IMG/VR virus record: IMGVR_UViG_3300045988_074841 | DNA length: 64,000 bases | DNA from: a virus | Direction: 5' to 3' (one strand) | Part shown: positions 12,501-20,125 of the stretch, piece by piece | Layout: every line of letters starts with the position of its first letter | Position numbering within the stretch: position 1 is the stretch's first letter | Program-made: the position numbers and the translations under genes | The notes under the pieces: generated by a model | The model's input: the letters and a program-made list of their open reading frames with translations, nothing else | The model's database searches: none | Told to the model about the DNA's origin: nothing

Positions 12501-15500
12501 GCTCGTGAATTTGAAAAAGCTATTAAAGCTCTAGGTCACATAGATTGGGATAAACTTGTTGATAAGAACGGTAAACTTATTAGAGATTATACTGACAAAT
12601 TTGTTGAAGATTTAGATACTCTTAGAAATAAAGTAGATGAAGCTCGTAAAGATGTCATTAATAATCCTATGGCTTATCTTAAAGCTAAGCATGAATATGA
12701 TGCTTTCAAGCTTGCTCATCTTAATCAACAATTTAAGGATGAGTATTATAAAGCTATGTATGATAATGATGATTACATGCTTAATACTGCTCCTACTATT
12801 TTTGCTGAATATACAAAACTTAGAGAGCAAATTAGAAATATTAATCGTCTTCGTATTAGTGGTGTTCTTAGTCCTGAAAATGAAGAAGAATATCGTAAAC
12901 TTAGAAGAAGTATTAATCAACTTGAGTCTACAATAAATTTTGATGATGGTACTGAGAAACCTATTTATGATGAAACTAATCCTATTCCAGGTACTAAAGG
13001 TTTCGATGAAGAAGGTAAACCTATAATTGTAGATAAGGCTAAATATGATGAAGCTGTATTAAACTCTCAAGGAGCTGCTATGAAACTTAATCAATATCTC
13101 AAACGCAAACGTGATATTAATGAAGAATATAATGATACTCAAGTTAAGGATAGTTTTGAAGAAGAACTTGATAAGAGACTTGATATTATTAAGCGAGCTG
13201 AGAAACGTGATGCTTTTGGTAATAAACAAGTTTCTGATGAAGTTCTTGCTAATGACGAAAAGTATCAAAGAGCTAAAGAATGGCTTGAGCAAAATGCTAC
13301 TTGGCATGTAGACCCTAAAGTTAGTGATGAAATTGCTGTAGCTTATGGTGTTCTTTCTAAAGGTAGAGTACAAAAGAATAATCAAATAACTTATAAGGCT
13401 AAACTTATCAAAATTAAACTTGCTAATGGTGAGAAAGTTTATGATAGTAAAGGTCGTATTCGTGGCGATATATTTACTGAAGAAGAACAAGAAGCTATAA
13501 GAAAAGATGAAGCTGGTCGTTATAATAATACTATTTATTCTGCTGGTAATGAACAAATATTAATTAATAATGCTCCTGAACAAAAGCAAGCTCTTCCTGC
13601 TGTAGTACAAAGAATGCTCACTTCTAATAGCAAAGAAGGTAAAGCTAACGTTGAATATCTTAAATTAGTTAATGAAATTAATGAAATTCTTCGTCCTTAT
13701 TATGATACTACTAAGAAAGAAGTTAATACTATAACTGATAGACATCAAATTAGTATTGAAGAACTTCATAAACTTGCTGATTTGTATGAGAAACTTCGTA
13801 ATACAAAAAAGACTATAGTTAATGAAGATATACCTGGTAATGGTTCTGCTGTTGGTAGTTTTATTCGTAAGTTTATGCATACTGAATATAGTTCTAAGTT
13901 TGATATTGAATACAGTAAAGCTAAAACTATTGGTGGTGAATATCTTAAAGCTTGGGAAGATGCTAATATGGAATATGATTTTGAATATGATGAAAAAGGT
14001 CATATTGTTAAAGACTCAGATGGTAATTATGTATATGATAAATCAGTTCGTCTTCCTAATCGTTTTCTTTATGGTACTCTTACTCTTAAAGATGAGTTCT
14101 ATACTGGTATGAAGAATCAGAAAGTAGCTAAAGACTTGCGTAAAGAAGCAGAGATTAAAACTAAAGCTCTTGCTACTATTAACGAATATCTTGAAACTAC
14201 TACAACTCCTTATTATAGTGATGCTATGGCTGAGGCTAGAGCTAAAGGTAAAGAAGAGTTTGATAAGTGGTTTACTCGTAATCATGTATGGAATGTTTAT
14301 ACTCATAAGTTTGACCCAATAGGTATTTGGCAAAAGACTAGTATTAAACCTAATTACGCTAATGGTACTTGGGCTGCTAATTATAATCAGTTAGATATTG
14401 TTCCTAAAGAAGAATATCGTAATCCTGATTATAAAGAGAATACTACTCAAGCTGAGAATTTTAAACGTGGTATAAACGATGAAAAATATGTTAACAATGT
14501 AACTCTTAGTGACAATGAAAAACAAGCTAAGAAACTTATTGAAACAACATTAGATAAGATTGTTAGAGATAAAACTAGTCGTCGTATTATTAGTCAAGGT
14601 TTTATTCCTATTACTGCAAAAGAAGCTGACCATGACTTTAAATGGTTTGGTAAACAAATAGCTGAATTTGCTGGTTGGAATGCTAATATTAGCTCTGTTG
14701 GTAAGAATAGTCTTCATGCTAATATGAATTATTCTACTGATAAAACTCCAGTGCTTCCTATGATTGGTAGAGAATTTACTAATAAAAATAGTGAAGACAT
14801 TAATAAAATTAAAGCTGCTGAGCCAAAGAGAGATCAATATACTACTGATGAAGAGTATAATAAAGCTATGACTGAACATAAAGCTAGACTTGATGCTGCT
14901 GAAAAGAATAATAAAGCAATACATCAATCTCTTGTTAATAGAGATTTTGTTTCTAGTATTAGTCAGTTTATTAGACTTGCTGGTCATCAAAATGCTGTTC
15001 AAGATAATAAGTATCTCTTCTATTATGGTCAAAATATGATTAAAGCTACTCCTGTACTTGATGATAATATAGGTTTTAGTAATCTCAGAAAAGATATTAA
15101 TAGAAGTACTACTGATGTTACTCGTTATGCTGAAAAGACTTATGATGAAAGACTTTATGGTCAGTTTACTAATTGGGGTAATAGACTTATCTACGATAGA
15201 TATAAACTTCCTAATAATAAACTTACCAAAGCTGCTAATATTGCACAAAGTCTTACTAGTGCTAAATTTATGATGTTAAATATTACTGGTGCTATTGGTA
15301 ACGTTACTGTTGGTCGTAGTGGTATTTTTGCTGAACATATAGCTAAAGCTTATTTTAGTACTTCTGCTTGGAATAAAGCTAAAACTATGTGGTATGGTGC
15401 TTCTTTATCTTTCCTAAGAGGAATGACTAGAGAAGATAGTACTAGTCTTGCTGATGCTATTGTTAAATTTATGAATGTTGTAGATTTCGATGAAGTACTT

Positions 15501-16913
15501 GGTAGACCTAGTGGTAGTTTTAAAGCTAGTGATGCCATTAATCGTCTTAGAAACCTTATGTATTCTCCTAATGCTATGGGTGAACATCACATGCAGAATA
15601 GTGCTATGTTTGCTATGATGTTTGAGAATAGAATTGTTCCTGTAGATGATTATCGAAATAAAGGTAGACTTCCTTATCAAGCTATGACTTGGTCTCAATA
15701 TAAAGTTGCTTCTCACGAAGAAGCTATGAGACAACTTATTGCTGGTACTCCTCTTGCTGCTCAATTTGAGAAATTTGTAAATGATATAAAGTCTGACCCA
15801 AATCAACTTAAAGAATATGCTAGAGGAAGAAGAGATTTAGCTAATGAATTTAAGAACATTTTCCTTAACAATAAACAAAGTAAAGATTTTGTTGCTAAAC
15901 GTAAGGAACTTGAAGCTAAAGCTAAGAAACAATTTGAAGCTAATCCTACTCTTATGGAACAGCTTGATTTGGTTGATGGTAGACTAGGTTTTAAAGATGG
16001 TTCTCTTATGGAACAACTTTCTAAACAAAGTACTAATGGAGAAATAAATGATGCTTATGCTCTTCTTGGAGAGTTCAAAGGTAAAGTTATTGCTGTTAAT
16101 AAAGAAATACATGGTGTATATGATAGACTTGGTGCTGCTCAACTTGAAAAATATTGGTGGGGTAGTCTTGTTATGCAATATCATAAACATATATATCCAG
16201 GTATTCTTAAACATTGGAGAAGAAAAGGTTATTTTAATGAACAAACAGGCGATAGTCGTGTAGGTTGTGGTCCTGCTCTTATGGATTTCCTTACAATGCC
16301 TATTCGTCAATATAATGAAAGACATAAACTTTTAGATAATAAACAGCTTGAAGCACTTGAAGGTACTCAAAATCTTTTTGCTGCTTATGTAAACTTTGCT
16401 GAGAATATTCGAGTTAATTGGGAAGCATTACCTGAATATCAGAAAGCTGCTATTCGTAGAACAGCTGGTGATGTATTTGGTGCTTTATCTTCTATTATGG
16501 TTGCTATCGGTACTAATATAGCTTGGGATGATAAGGATAAAGATAAAATGCTTCTTCCTAATCTTATGCTTTATAGTGCAGACAAACTTGCAACTGAAAG
16601 TATGATGTATAATCCAATATTCCTTCCAAACAATGCTAAAGATCTTTGGAGTTCTCCTATTGCAATGATGAATATGCCTAATGATATTATCAATAGTCTT
16701 AATCTTGTAGCAAATGCTATGTTTGATGATGAATTTGATTATAATTATACTACTGGTCGTTACAAAGGTGAGAATAAATTTAAAGTTAAACTTATGAGAC
16801 AAGTTCCTATTTATAGAGCTTATAATAATCTTGCTACTATTGATAAGAGTAATAGTTATTATCATTATGGTAAAAATATACTTGGATTTGTTCCTACATC
16901 ATTTGATAAATAA
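3540..16913 (+). CDS. Giant (4457 aa) virion-packaged RNA polymerase-like protein with a DxDxD (DFDID) motif
   Basis: One uninterrupted 13.4-kb ORF. The GSDFDIDSVYG motif at nt 8676-8690 matches the DxDxD catalytic signature described for crAss-like giant RNAP proteins (DPBB fold, distantly QDE-1-like). Contains two copies of the dispersed motif (SSTGRLES, IRPVEDVV). A motif copy directly follows the stop. Confidence 0.7.
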   Translation: MACNFKTTSAGTSIKRKVGANNARFVALISLISNPETGGFTDEFVKYYQKVNHTDNIPSVDNSERGVIAKTAIRYYNSIHFDVNAQSTGTYYDKDVDAFGYSDSHAKVYAITRAIPNIMRSMYVSDIRSGEIVDKDSILGDLIKRTKVRITKDVAANYLKAIGKPATNVEVNKIADALLNNNETYYKKDELILAITKAFDKNGDVQVQNTFAIYKDIFKDTTGKDFFNRVIIADPIIGNLKYSDETESSLAEAYAEDFDSVDDSSYNNNEDEDVLTVGDRQDNTWNDHSGLGSSYMKGFDLDIRLSLSMIPKLTSNTVDTKTLKSGKVKDVYDYDKNNPTGNVDYIDVKDIISTLSAKKDVSNLNTFIDSVKEASNIPGMEGLIKLYKDLTSDLDYAARLYTQFKTVINKYETRIADENTAMNKSNKNSNAQQVHALSFLNDAKFTHINTDSDITNKLANEVDETIVEYTQALAAGDEFALDQAKLYNTIVDRIASRIKDYYPSADKASIDNYVRLANNGEVATNMRYLTDSLRKIAKASDATTSQYTENRDAISGINKEIRKLQTKIDALNEAGEHKGIDKINEEIDKLVSQRDNIRFSDYRSQDSITQSIALSDKLYPYSSVKVELNSRNGLGNLQSDIINSSMITYLLKVLNSPKTTTDELGNTAPESLVNFAKFKFKNNQYNLSNILIETRENGKIVNYGLFYYDADKQKYGVTNYASGLLNVALFNGAVKTDEGTGITYAQMSKGDYVYTAFANYFNSDKNIDADRVTNSIPLANYFMRTPSDAPKTFVVRAPRYHITKSNPIRTVTNAADVDNYIKNYVAEHIASMSEAAFNQANPRAKFIQLEDNRSDRAQITRDLTDNNITRSVYENEIIRNDGKTATIGYQFTDEEGNVNKYIITGSIRHVKGMNKFVIENGKATILDNNEMRDNLRPMIYDKYRKQAYRNGRIGDVQVDYKVNREHPIYKQFRKIFNQELTNMAEAINMIFLTGDDGVIQREADGKPKFNPNNAFGLDKESARRLYANYQTKKDKYLDSNYGLVGNMFHSDKFTITDYKTGKIRNYGQELLDDYFDSLYNGSKGGFIHFGYENGKIKLNHTKDQAKAIDNKIAEFISDYIYSSAIRMDEFKNLDVAGLINDDNVADFALNYRLAYNYFDDLFEGDDKFYKSSQDFLKRAKEGQASGTPYSTFNIYQDENMMLTDLKKMSYLNSQAIQDKLNSLGLHVTQRPGFVGITIKNTVRTSHEASQNGPVVHELARVYMKHDPELTEDEAIAKANKHMEGYQNTTVNDAQSYITFEEWIRRVAGRGQLNKYMPLIERIMDRSKPLRVDDIKTFVQVQKNFYYDMTYNDKINTYAPRQIKNAELVLVPRFIEGTDLEKVYNLMKDHGIDQLNTEETSKAGKAGVLTLFDEETGEVTDTHIQDFNNHVEDYKETYSYNFLYTQQETPQHMNAENKAAIQIMKKIVDNIPDTGTIGEVKKEFFKLYVANIKDSFNSLVKELNIPTNEDGSIKLDANGNIEGLDMKLFFNKLRKECLRQGLDSNILEFFTLNEDSPYTELGRANTVMPTYMTNMMSKAQNVCQSMFNNAITRQKLPGFHAAQVTNVGYSKHLRYHPDGGRYIEVLLPKSNFGFAKNEDGTYKEPDEIRDKDGNLVGGLLYQLQRAKLDTIIGYRIPTEGKQSICAMKVVGFTDDAQGSTIVVPDDWVAQTGSDFDIDSVYGIQHNTYIDKDGDIQKVAYKESFGKLYDDYVKEQLNDEAKDKLEEAVKNGVNESTALANAAQEGGLLSREEFSKANSIEEKNSRQARNNRILDDMLRILQSDEAFEENTGQSQFEDIINARDNIMNDVVKSVRNGRSCYDFIDQAEYQEDVMSGAKLKAFSVTRDTFVSICNKVQPTIDKNYAISARYKATPKQAEVLAKRFGEDNVIYKDGYVTISHTMIGWSHDNHNVDDAILTAYSSETTAHILDAVKKGAVPNVNEFTFAVYKTFPDVGSNYKTGVAFMMHPAVTRIVNAYNKGKSVYSEDSAQPIVDALKEVAEELDVDSSSLYSGKMVVEAINDKLGTNYSFIKNNNIVLDEEQLASDVKNANNVSLAREVEILMAYNDINRLADVIQKTVRVCNPDKFGAKQTIFATNEVFETIKDIINSKQAKVLSKNDIPFLESIYPGLIKDGVVDKDNYVKDTHESAYPSLNAFLKYASVTSTVVNSMLFETQNSAFVTTIKALSKMLPTPRKLTEKEYNDYEKYVIGAAYNNADGIRLGYTINSSTGRLESTKTSDLQERLRIYGFSGSPVFHFDVEDITEPTQDEIDAWSKLTPAQKVAWLQSKAEDGGIFSKLKVDLQDNYRVGNKECAAQSIRFNDDNVDTETAYNLFETATKSQNPLVKLAAIDLIKYAFVVEGFKMRRNGINKIIKNSTLRDDTLFANQDGEPTSLLSQIDANFKHITYDDYRDDYLRSHSDNGMVPKRTVKKKRVGKIWVNELSAPDGVITLNVPSRRNDITEADINDEFAATKTIAEETEIRPVEDVVDNKLQVVQDNTTAPDDTKLAVKYGIYNAWTDRVNPYVKLTFKNRGVNTTNLYKTVRHGDIIFAYPVSMLEENEHGIVSVNQANNTLYSEMYYRTIIDNKLQGNQLTKEEADKLRKEYANERAISSKSRVNTGFDINKDRTTGDIGGARDAYSKIINLIKNDAKGIQIINNRYLYNRVSEGFGNFQIIHDVIDGNEVTKKIAFAKETKVIFDSEGKVIPYPVKVIQIIPSTNDKESTSVEYNFDMFTDINRRAHEGDVNAYREVQFMNNNGFENVSTDYTNMSPKLYEAIDRFTSATAKKLISDADQFYKKEDGTYASIFAPETIEMIRNNPSEQRRFQKLLLDTDSIINKYGTIFDVVVDENENPEVIDFINHIKKTIGDLRNKLNLSTLNERFAREVVAKWSNDPNIQNGLVDICNGYHAVTWCDAWIGDLQDTGNSLIQNISKHIVDDISAKDMQAAKDAREFEKAIKALGHIDWDKLVDKNGKLIRDYTDKFVEDLDTLRNKVDEARKDVINNPMAYLKAKHEYDAFKLAHLNQQFKDEYYKAMYDNDDYMLNTAPTIFAEYTKLREQIRNINRLRISGVLSPENEEEYRKLRRSINQLESTINFDDGTEKPIYDETNPIPGTKGFDEEGKPIIVDKAKYDEAVLNSQGAAMKLNQYLKRKRDINEEYNDTQVKDSFEEELDKRLDIIKRAEKRDAFGNKQVSDEVLANDEKYQRAKEWLEQNATWHVDPKVSDEIAVAYGVLSKGRVQKNNQITYKAKLIKIKLANGEKVYDSKGRIRGDIFTEEEQEAIRKDEAGRYNNTIYSAGNEQILINNAPEQKQALPAVVQRMLTSNSKEGKANVEYLKLVNEINEILRPYYDTTKKEVNTITDRHQISIEELHKLADLYEKLRNTKKTIVNEDIPGNGSAVGSFIRKFMHTEYSSKFDIEYSKAKTIGGEYLKAWEDANMEYDFEYDEKGHIVKDSDGNYVYDKSVRLPNRFLYGTLTLKDEFYTGMKNQKVAKDLRKEAEIKTKALATINEYLETTTTPYYSDAMAEARAKGKEEFDKWFTRNHVWNVYTHKFDPIGIWQKTSIKPNYANGTWAANYNQLDIVPKEEYRNPDYKENTTQAENFKRGINDEKYVNNVTLSDNEKQAKKLIETTLDKIVRDKTSRRIISQGFIPITAKEADHDFKWFGKQIAEFAGWNANISSVGKNSLHANMNYSTDKTPVLPMIGREFTNKNSEDINKIKAAEPKRDQYTTDEEYNKAMTEHKARLDAAEKNNKAIHQSLVNRDFVSSISQFIRLAGHQNAVQDNKYLFYYGQNMIKATPVLDDNIGFSNLRKDINRSTTDVTRYAEKTYDERLYGQFTNWGNRLIYDRYKLPNNKLTKAANIAQSLTSAKFMMLNITGAIGNVTVGRSGIFAEHIAKAYFSTSAWNKAKTMWYGASLSFLRGMTREDSTSLADAIVKFMNVVDFDEVLGRPSGSFKASDAINRLRNLMYSPNAMGEHHMQNSAMFAMMFENRIVPVDDYRNKGRLPYQAMTWSQYKVASHEEAMRQLIAGTPLAAQFEKFVNDIKSDPNQLKEYARGRRDLANEFKNIFLNNKQSKDFVAKRKELEAKAKKQFEANPTLMEQLDLVDGRLGFKDGSLMEQLSKQSTNGEINDAYALLGEFKGKVIAVNKEIHGVYDRLGAAQLEKYWWGSLVMQYHKHIYPGILKHWRRKGYFNEQTGDSRVGCGPALMDFLTMPIRQYNERHKLLDNKQLEALEGTQNLFAAYVNFAENIRVNWEALPEYQKAAIRRTAGDVFGALSSIMVAIGTNIAWDDKDKDKMLLPNLMLYSADKLATESMMYNPIFLPNNAKDLWSSPIAMMNMPNDIINSLNLVANAMFDDEFDYNYTTGRYKGENKFKVKLMRQVPIYRAYNNLATIDKSNSYYHYGKNILGFVPTSFDK
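10332..10345 (+). repeat. Motif copy inside the giant ORF
   Basis: SSTGRLES. Confidence 0.8.
11095..11110 (-). repeat. Motif copy inside the giant ORF
   Basis: IRPVEDVV. Confidence 0.8.
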
Positions 16914-16914
16914 A

Positions 16915-16929
16915 CCGCCCCGTAAAAGA
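16915..16929 (-). repeat. Motif variant (ccgccccgtaaaaga) immediately after the giant ORF stop
   Basis: One mismatch. Confidence 0.7.
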
Positions 16930-16967
16930 GTTGATAATGTGAATTCTACTAATAAGAATTAAATAAG

Positions 16968-17035
16968 ACCTTTATCTGTTGGAGATATTAATATTAATAG
17001 TATCTTTGCAACAGATAAAGGTTTTCCTGTTTTTG
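16968..17035 (+). terminator. Putative terminator: 13-bp stem acctttatctgtt/aacagataaaggt with a 29-nt loop, followed by ttttcctgtttttg
   Basis: Perfect inverted repeat 16968-16980 / 17010-17022 and a T-tract, 55 nt after the giant ORF. Confidence 0.4.
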
Positions 17036-17070
17036 CCATGAAATTACTACAGATATATGCGAAACTTTAT

Positions 17071-17141
17071 TGCTCTATGGTGTAATGGTAGCACTACAGA
17101 TTTTGGTTCTGTCAGAGCAGGTTCGAATCCTGCTAGAGTAA
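17071..17141 (+). tRNA. tRNA-Gln (anticodon UUG). No encoded CCA.
   Basis: Manual cloverleaf: acceptor TGCTCTA/TAGAGTA (1 G-U), D-arm GTGT/GCAC, anticodon stem ACAGA/TCTGT with loop TTTTGGT (34-36 = TTG), T-arm GCAGG-TTCGAAT-CCTGC, discriminator A. Confidence 0.75.
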
Positions 17142-17226
17142 CAAATGCTATAAGTTCTAAACTACTTGCTAAATTAATTGTTTATAGGGTTTAAATGTGG
17201 TTTAAGGTGATATTTATAAAGTTCTT

Positions 17227-17265
17227 GAGCTAGATAGTCGTGATGACTGTCTAGCTCTTTTTCGT
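17227..17265 (+). terminator. Strong rho-independent terminator: 13-bp stem gagctagatagtc/gactgtctagctc (1 mismatch), loop gtgat, then ttttt
   Basis: Inverted repeat read directly, followed by a T-run, about 85 nt downstream of the tRNA. Confidence 0.65.
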
Positions 17266-17697
17266 TTAATGTGTTATAATGTGTCGCTACTAATAAATAA
17301 AAAAAAGAGTAACTCATCCTCACGGACAAGCTACTCATAATATAAAACAATGATTAAAATGATGCAGCCGCTGCTGCTAATGTTGAATTATGAATTCTTA
17401 TAACATGGAATGCAAATATCAAAAACATAAGTAATATTTCAATTTCTTTCGTAAGCGGTCAAATAATTAAAGTAGTATGATTAATCGGCATTAATATATA
17501 AGTTGCTTAGAAATCATTTATTATGTAATTGTGGGAGTTTCCCACTAAGGTTGGCACAGATTAAACTCGTATGCCTGGAGCTGAAATAAGACTTACAAGT
17601 AAGAATGGTTATTAAATAAATTACACTTTAAATGACTTCTAAGCTACTTTAAGATTGCGACTGAATAACTATTCAGAAGAAGAGAATTAATGCGACA

Positions 17698-17717
17698 GAG
17701 GAGAATTTAAATTCCTC
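17698..17717. promoter_or_regulatory. Conserved hairpin gagga-gaatttaaat-tcctc (second copy of the motif at 3478-3497), between convergent blocks
   Basis: Near-identical 20-nt element at 3478-3497 and 17698-17717. Likely a bidirectional terminator or RNA-level signal. Confidence 0.4.
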
Positions 17718-17758
17718 AAGAACGCAGCATCATTTTGAAACAATCTACTGCCATATAA

Positions 17759-18016
17759 TTAATTAGCTTCTTGTTTAAAAGGAGCTTTAATTATATTACC
17801 ATTACCATCAAGATAAATAACACTATCTGTGTCATATCCATCATTTGTAGAATCAACATCATTTATTTCATAGAAATCATCATTAATTCCACAACTATCT
17901 ATACTTACAGGTTTGTTATTAGAAACTTTATTATAACTACAAGCACCAAGTCCGGCAGTTACAATAGCAAGTATAAATATGGCTATATTCTTATGTTTAT
18001 TATAATTTGGATTCAT
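17759..18016 (-). CDS. Small putative lipoprotein (signal peptide plus lipobox LGAC)
   Basis: N-terminal hydrophobic segment ILAIVTAGLGAC followed by Cys. Last gene of the minus block. Confidence 0.45.
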   Translation of the reverse strand: MNPNYNKHKNIAIFILAIVTAGLGACSYNKVSNNKPVSIDSCGINDDFYEINDVDSTNDGYDTDSVIYLDGNGNIIKAPFKQEAN

Positions 18017-18089
18017 AATAGTTTTAAATTAAAAACTGCTAGTACTTTCACAAGCACTAGCAGAAACATCAGAAGAAAAATTTCAGTAT

Positions 18090-18362
18090 TTATTTCAAAT
18101 ACAAATCTATATACCTCTGTATACAGTTCACATGAGTACTTCCAACAAATTTAAATGTTACTTCATCATCTTTAAGAAATATTGTAGTAGGATAATCATA
18201 AGCTTTATACTTATGAATAAGTCTTTTAGGAAGCTCTGTAAAATCTTTAATTTCAAGAGCTATTTCTTTAGATGATTTAGCAATAACTGTTTGAATGTTA
18301 TTTATCACTATAGAACAACCAAGACAATTCTTAGTCGTTATTATCAGGATTTTTCTTTTCAT
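18090..18362 (-). CDS. Thioredoxin/glutaredoxin-like protein (CxxC: CLGC)
   Basis: 90 aa, N-terminal beta-strand then a CLGC redox motif typical of the thioredoxin fold. Confidence 0.5.
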   Translation of the reverse strand: MKRKILIITTKNCLGCSIVINNIQTVIAKSSKEIALEIKDFTELPKRLIHKYKAYDYPTTIFLKDDEVTFKFVGSTHVNCIQRYIDLYLK

Positions 18363-18606
18363 TTATCTCAGCTACTTTTTCATAATAAGAACCATCAGGA
18401 GTGAAATGAACTCCTTCATTGTTAAGAATAGTCGCATAAGTCTTTGCAGTATTCTTCAAATCTCTAAGAAGCAAAGCAAGATTAGCAAAAGTTACTTTAT
18501 TAACTTTATCGCTATTCTTAGCATTTTCAATAAACTTAGATACATTGTTAACTTCAATAGCAGTATGTGCGTGCTGCTTAATCATTTCTGATACCCACTT
18601 TTTCAT
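18331..18606 (-). CDS. Hypothetical protein
   Basis: 91-aa ORF in the gene block. Overlaps the neighbouring ORF by 32 nt. Confidence 0.35.
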   Translation of the reverse strand: MKKWVSEMIKQHAHTAIEVNNVSKFIENAKNSDKVNKVTFANLALLLRDLKNTAKTYATILNNEGVHFTPDGSYYEKVAEINEKKNPDNND

Positions 18607-18630
18607 ATTGTTTACTATTTAAATTATTAA

Positions 18631-19239
18631 TTATTTCTTTGCTGTAGAACCAAATGCACCATCACCTCTATCAGTTATGCCAAGGTCTTCAAGATTCTCG
18701 ACTGGTTCAAAACAAATTTGTCTATGATGAGGAATTTCAAATTGCCCAATAACATCACCAACATTAATTGGTGTAGGATTATCTACAATAGCTCTAAAAA
18801 CAATGAAAAATTCACCTCTATAACTTTCATCCAGAGTCATTGGAGCATTAGCTACAACATAACCCATTTTAGTAATTCTACTATTAGGACGACAAGTCAG
18901 CGAATCTCTATATTCAAGAGCTACATGAATACCAGTTCCGCATTTAATGCGTCCATCATCTGTCTTTTCAATAGAAGTACAGACTACATCACAACAAGCA
19001 TCTGTAGCGTGTCCATAAGCGTGACCATCTTTATCACCTTCACTCATATAATGAGCATACTCTGGAATTTGTGCTTTAACTTTAGGGTCAAGCCAAATCT
19101 TAACTGGAACAAAATCAATAGCTGTACGAAGAGCTTCTTTAAGTTCTTTTTCAGCTAACACTCTGTTGTCAGGAGTGTCTTTAAAAGCATTTGCATAATT
19201 AATAAATGCATCTGCAATACGATTACTTAATTGACTCAT
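18631..19239 (-). CDS. dut: dUTP pyrophosphatase (dUTPase)
   Basis: dUTPase motif III lDesYRGEff, motif II RPNSRITKMG, motif V RGDGAFGSTAK. Confidence 0.75.
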   Translation of the reverse strand: MSQLSNRIADAFINYANAFKDTPDNRVLAEKELKEALRTAIDFVPVKIWLDPKVKAQIPEYAHYMSEGDKDGHAYGHATDACCDVVCTSIEKTDDGRIKCGTGIHVALEYRDSLTCRPNSRITKMGYVVANAPMTLDESYRGEFFIVFRAIVDNPTPINVGDVIGQFEIPHHRQICFEPVENLEDLGITDRGDGAFGSTAKK

Positions 19240-19242
19240 AAT

Positions 19243-19758
19243 TTATTTATTGAAATTATATACTATAGCAGAATATTCATTAATCTGATAATTCTTACTA
19301 TTTCTTATACACTTTAGAGTAGTATTAACTTGTTCTTTAAATCCTTCACAACCAATACATTTAATCATTTGAGGATTTAACAGATACCAATTATTACCAA
19401 CTTCTACATTACTAGGAAGACCTTCAATGTCTTTCCATTTAATAATAGCTCCTACATCAATAAGTTCTTTAATAGCTTTTCTTATTGTGTCAGGAGTTTT
19501 AGCATTACACTGAGAAGATTCAATTAAAGTTCGAGAATTAAATTCAATACTAGTTTGTGAAGGTTTCATTGTATCACTAATCCAACAAGCAATATCACAA
19601 GCAGTTTTACTACAAGTTTTATGTATCATAGTAGACACAAATTTACCAGTACCTTTAAACACTTCATAAACAGTAGTTACTTTAGCATCTTTACCTTTAA
19701 TTTTATTTCTAGCTTCATGTTCTTCCATAATAGTTGTAAAATTAAGTACTTCAATCAT
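19243..19758 (-). CDS. Hypothetical protein with Cys pairs (possible zinc ribbon or regulator)
   Basis: 171-aa ORF. CSKTACDIAC and CIGCEG pairs. Confidence 0.45.
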   Translation of the reverse strand: MIEVLNFTTIMEEHEARNKIKGKDAKVTTVYEVFKGTGKFVSTMIHKTCSKTACDIACWISDTMKPSQTSIEFNSRTLIESSQCNAKTPDTIRKAIKELIDVGAIIKWKDIEGLPSNVEVGNNWYLLNPQMIKCIGCEGFKEQVNTTLKCIRNSKNYQINEYSAIVYNFNK

Positions 19759-20048
19759 AACTTCACTACCTTAACTAATAACGACACTACAAAGATAGAA
19801 AAATTCCTCGTTTCTATCACAGAAACGAGGAAAAAATGTCGTTAATTTGTGTTAAGGCTAACTATAACTATCTGATAATCAATTAGTTACAGCGTCAAAA
19901 ATTGGCTCTATATATATAATATATTAGTCCTATGATATTTGACACGGCAAAGATAACTAAAAAGTAGTATACTGGTACAACTTTTAAGCTAAATGTTGTA
20001 TATATCTACAATATTTTCTATAGTAGCATTAACATCACCTACTTCACA

Positions 20049-20063
20049 TCTTCTACGGGGCGG
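20049..20063 (+). repeat. Dispersed GC-rich motif copy (tcttctacggggcgg), intergenic
   Basis: Exact 15-mer. Forms an inverted pair with the degenerate copy at 20106-20120. Confidence 0.8.
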
Positions 20064-20105
20064 CTTTAGCTGCTTCTAGTATTCTAGCACTAGTAGTTGC
20101 TCTAT

Positions 20106-20120
20106 CCTCCCCGTAAAGGA
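20106..20120 (-). repeat. Degenerate motif copy (cctccccgtaaagga), inverted partner of the copy at 20049-20063
   Basis: Reverse-complement variant tcctttacggggagg. Confidence 0.5.
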
Positions 20121-20125
20121 CATCC

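Noticed and set aside
157-16865. Dozens of 60-190-aa ORFs antisense to or out of frame with the 1120-aa and 4457-aa genes (for example 157-570, 10896-12131, 14550-15248)
   Set aside because: Ile/Asn/Phe/Lys-rich translations typical of chance ORFs in AT-rich DNA. All lie wholly inside much longer, motif-bearing ORFs.
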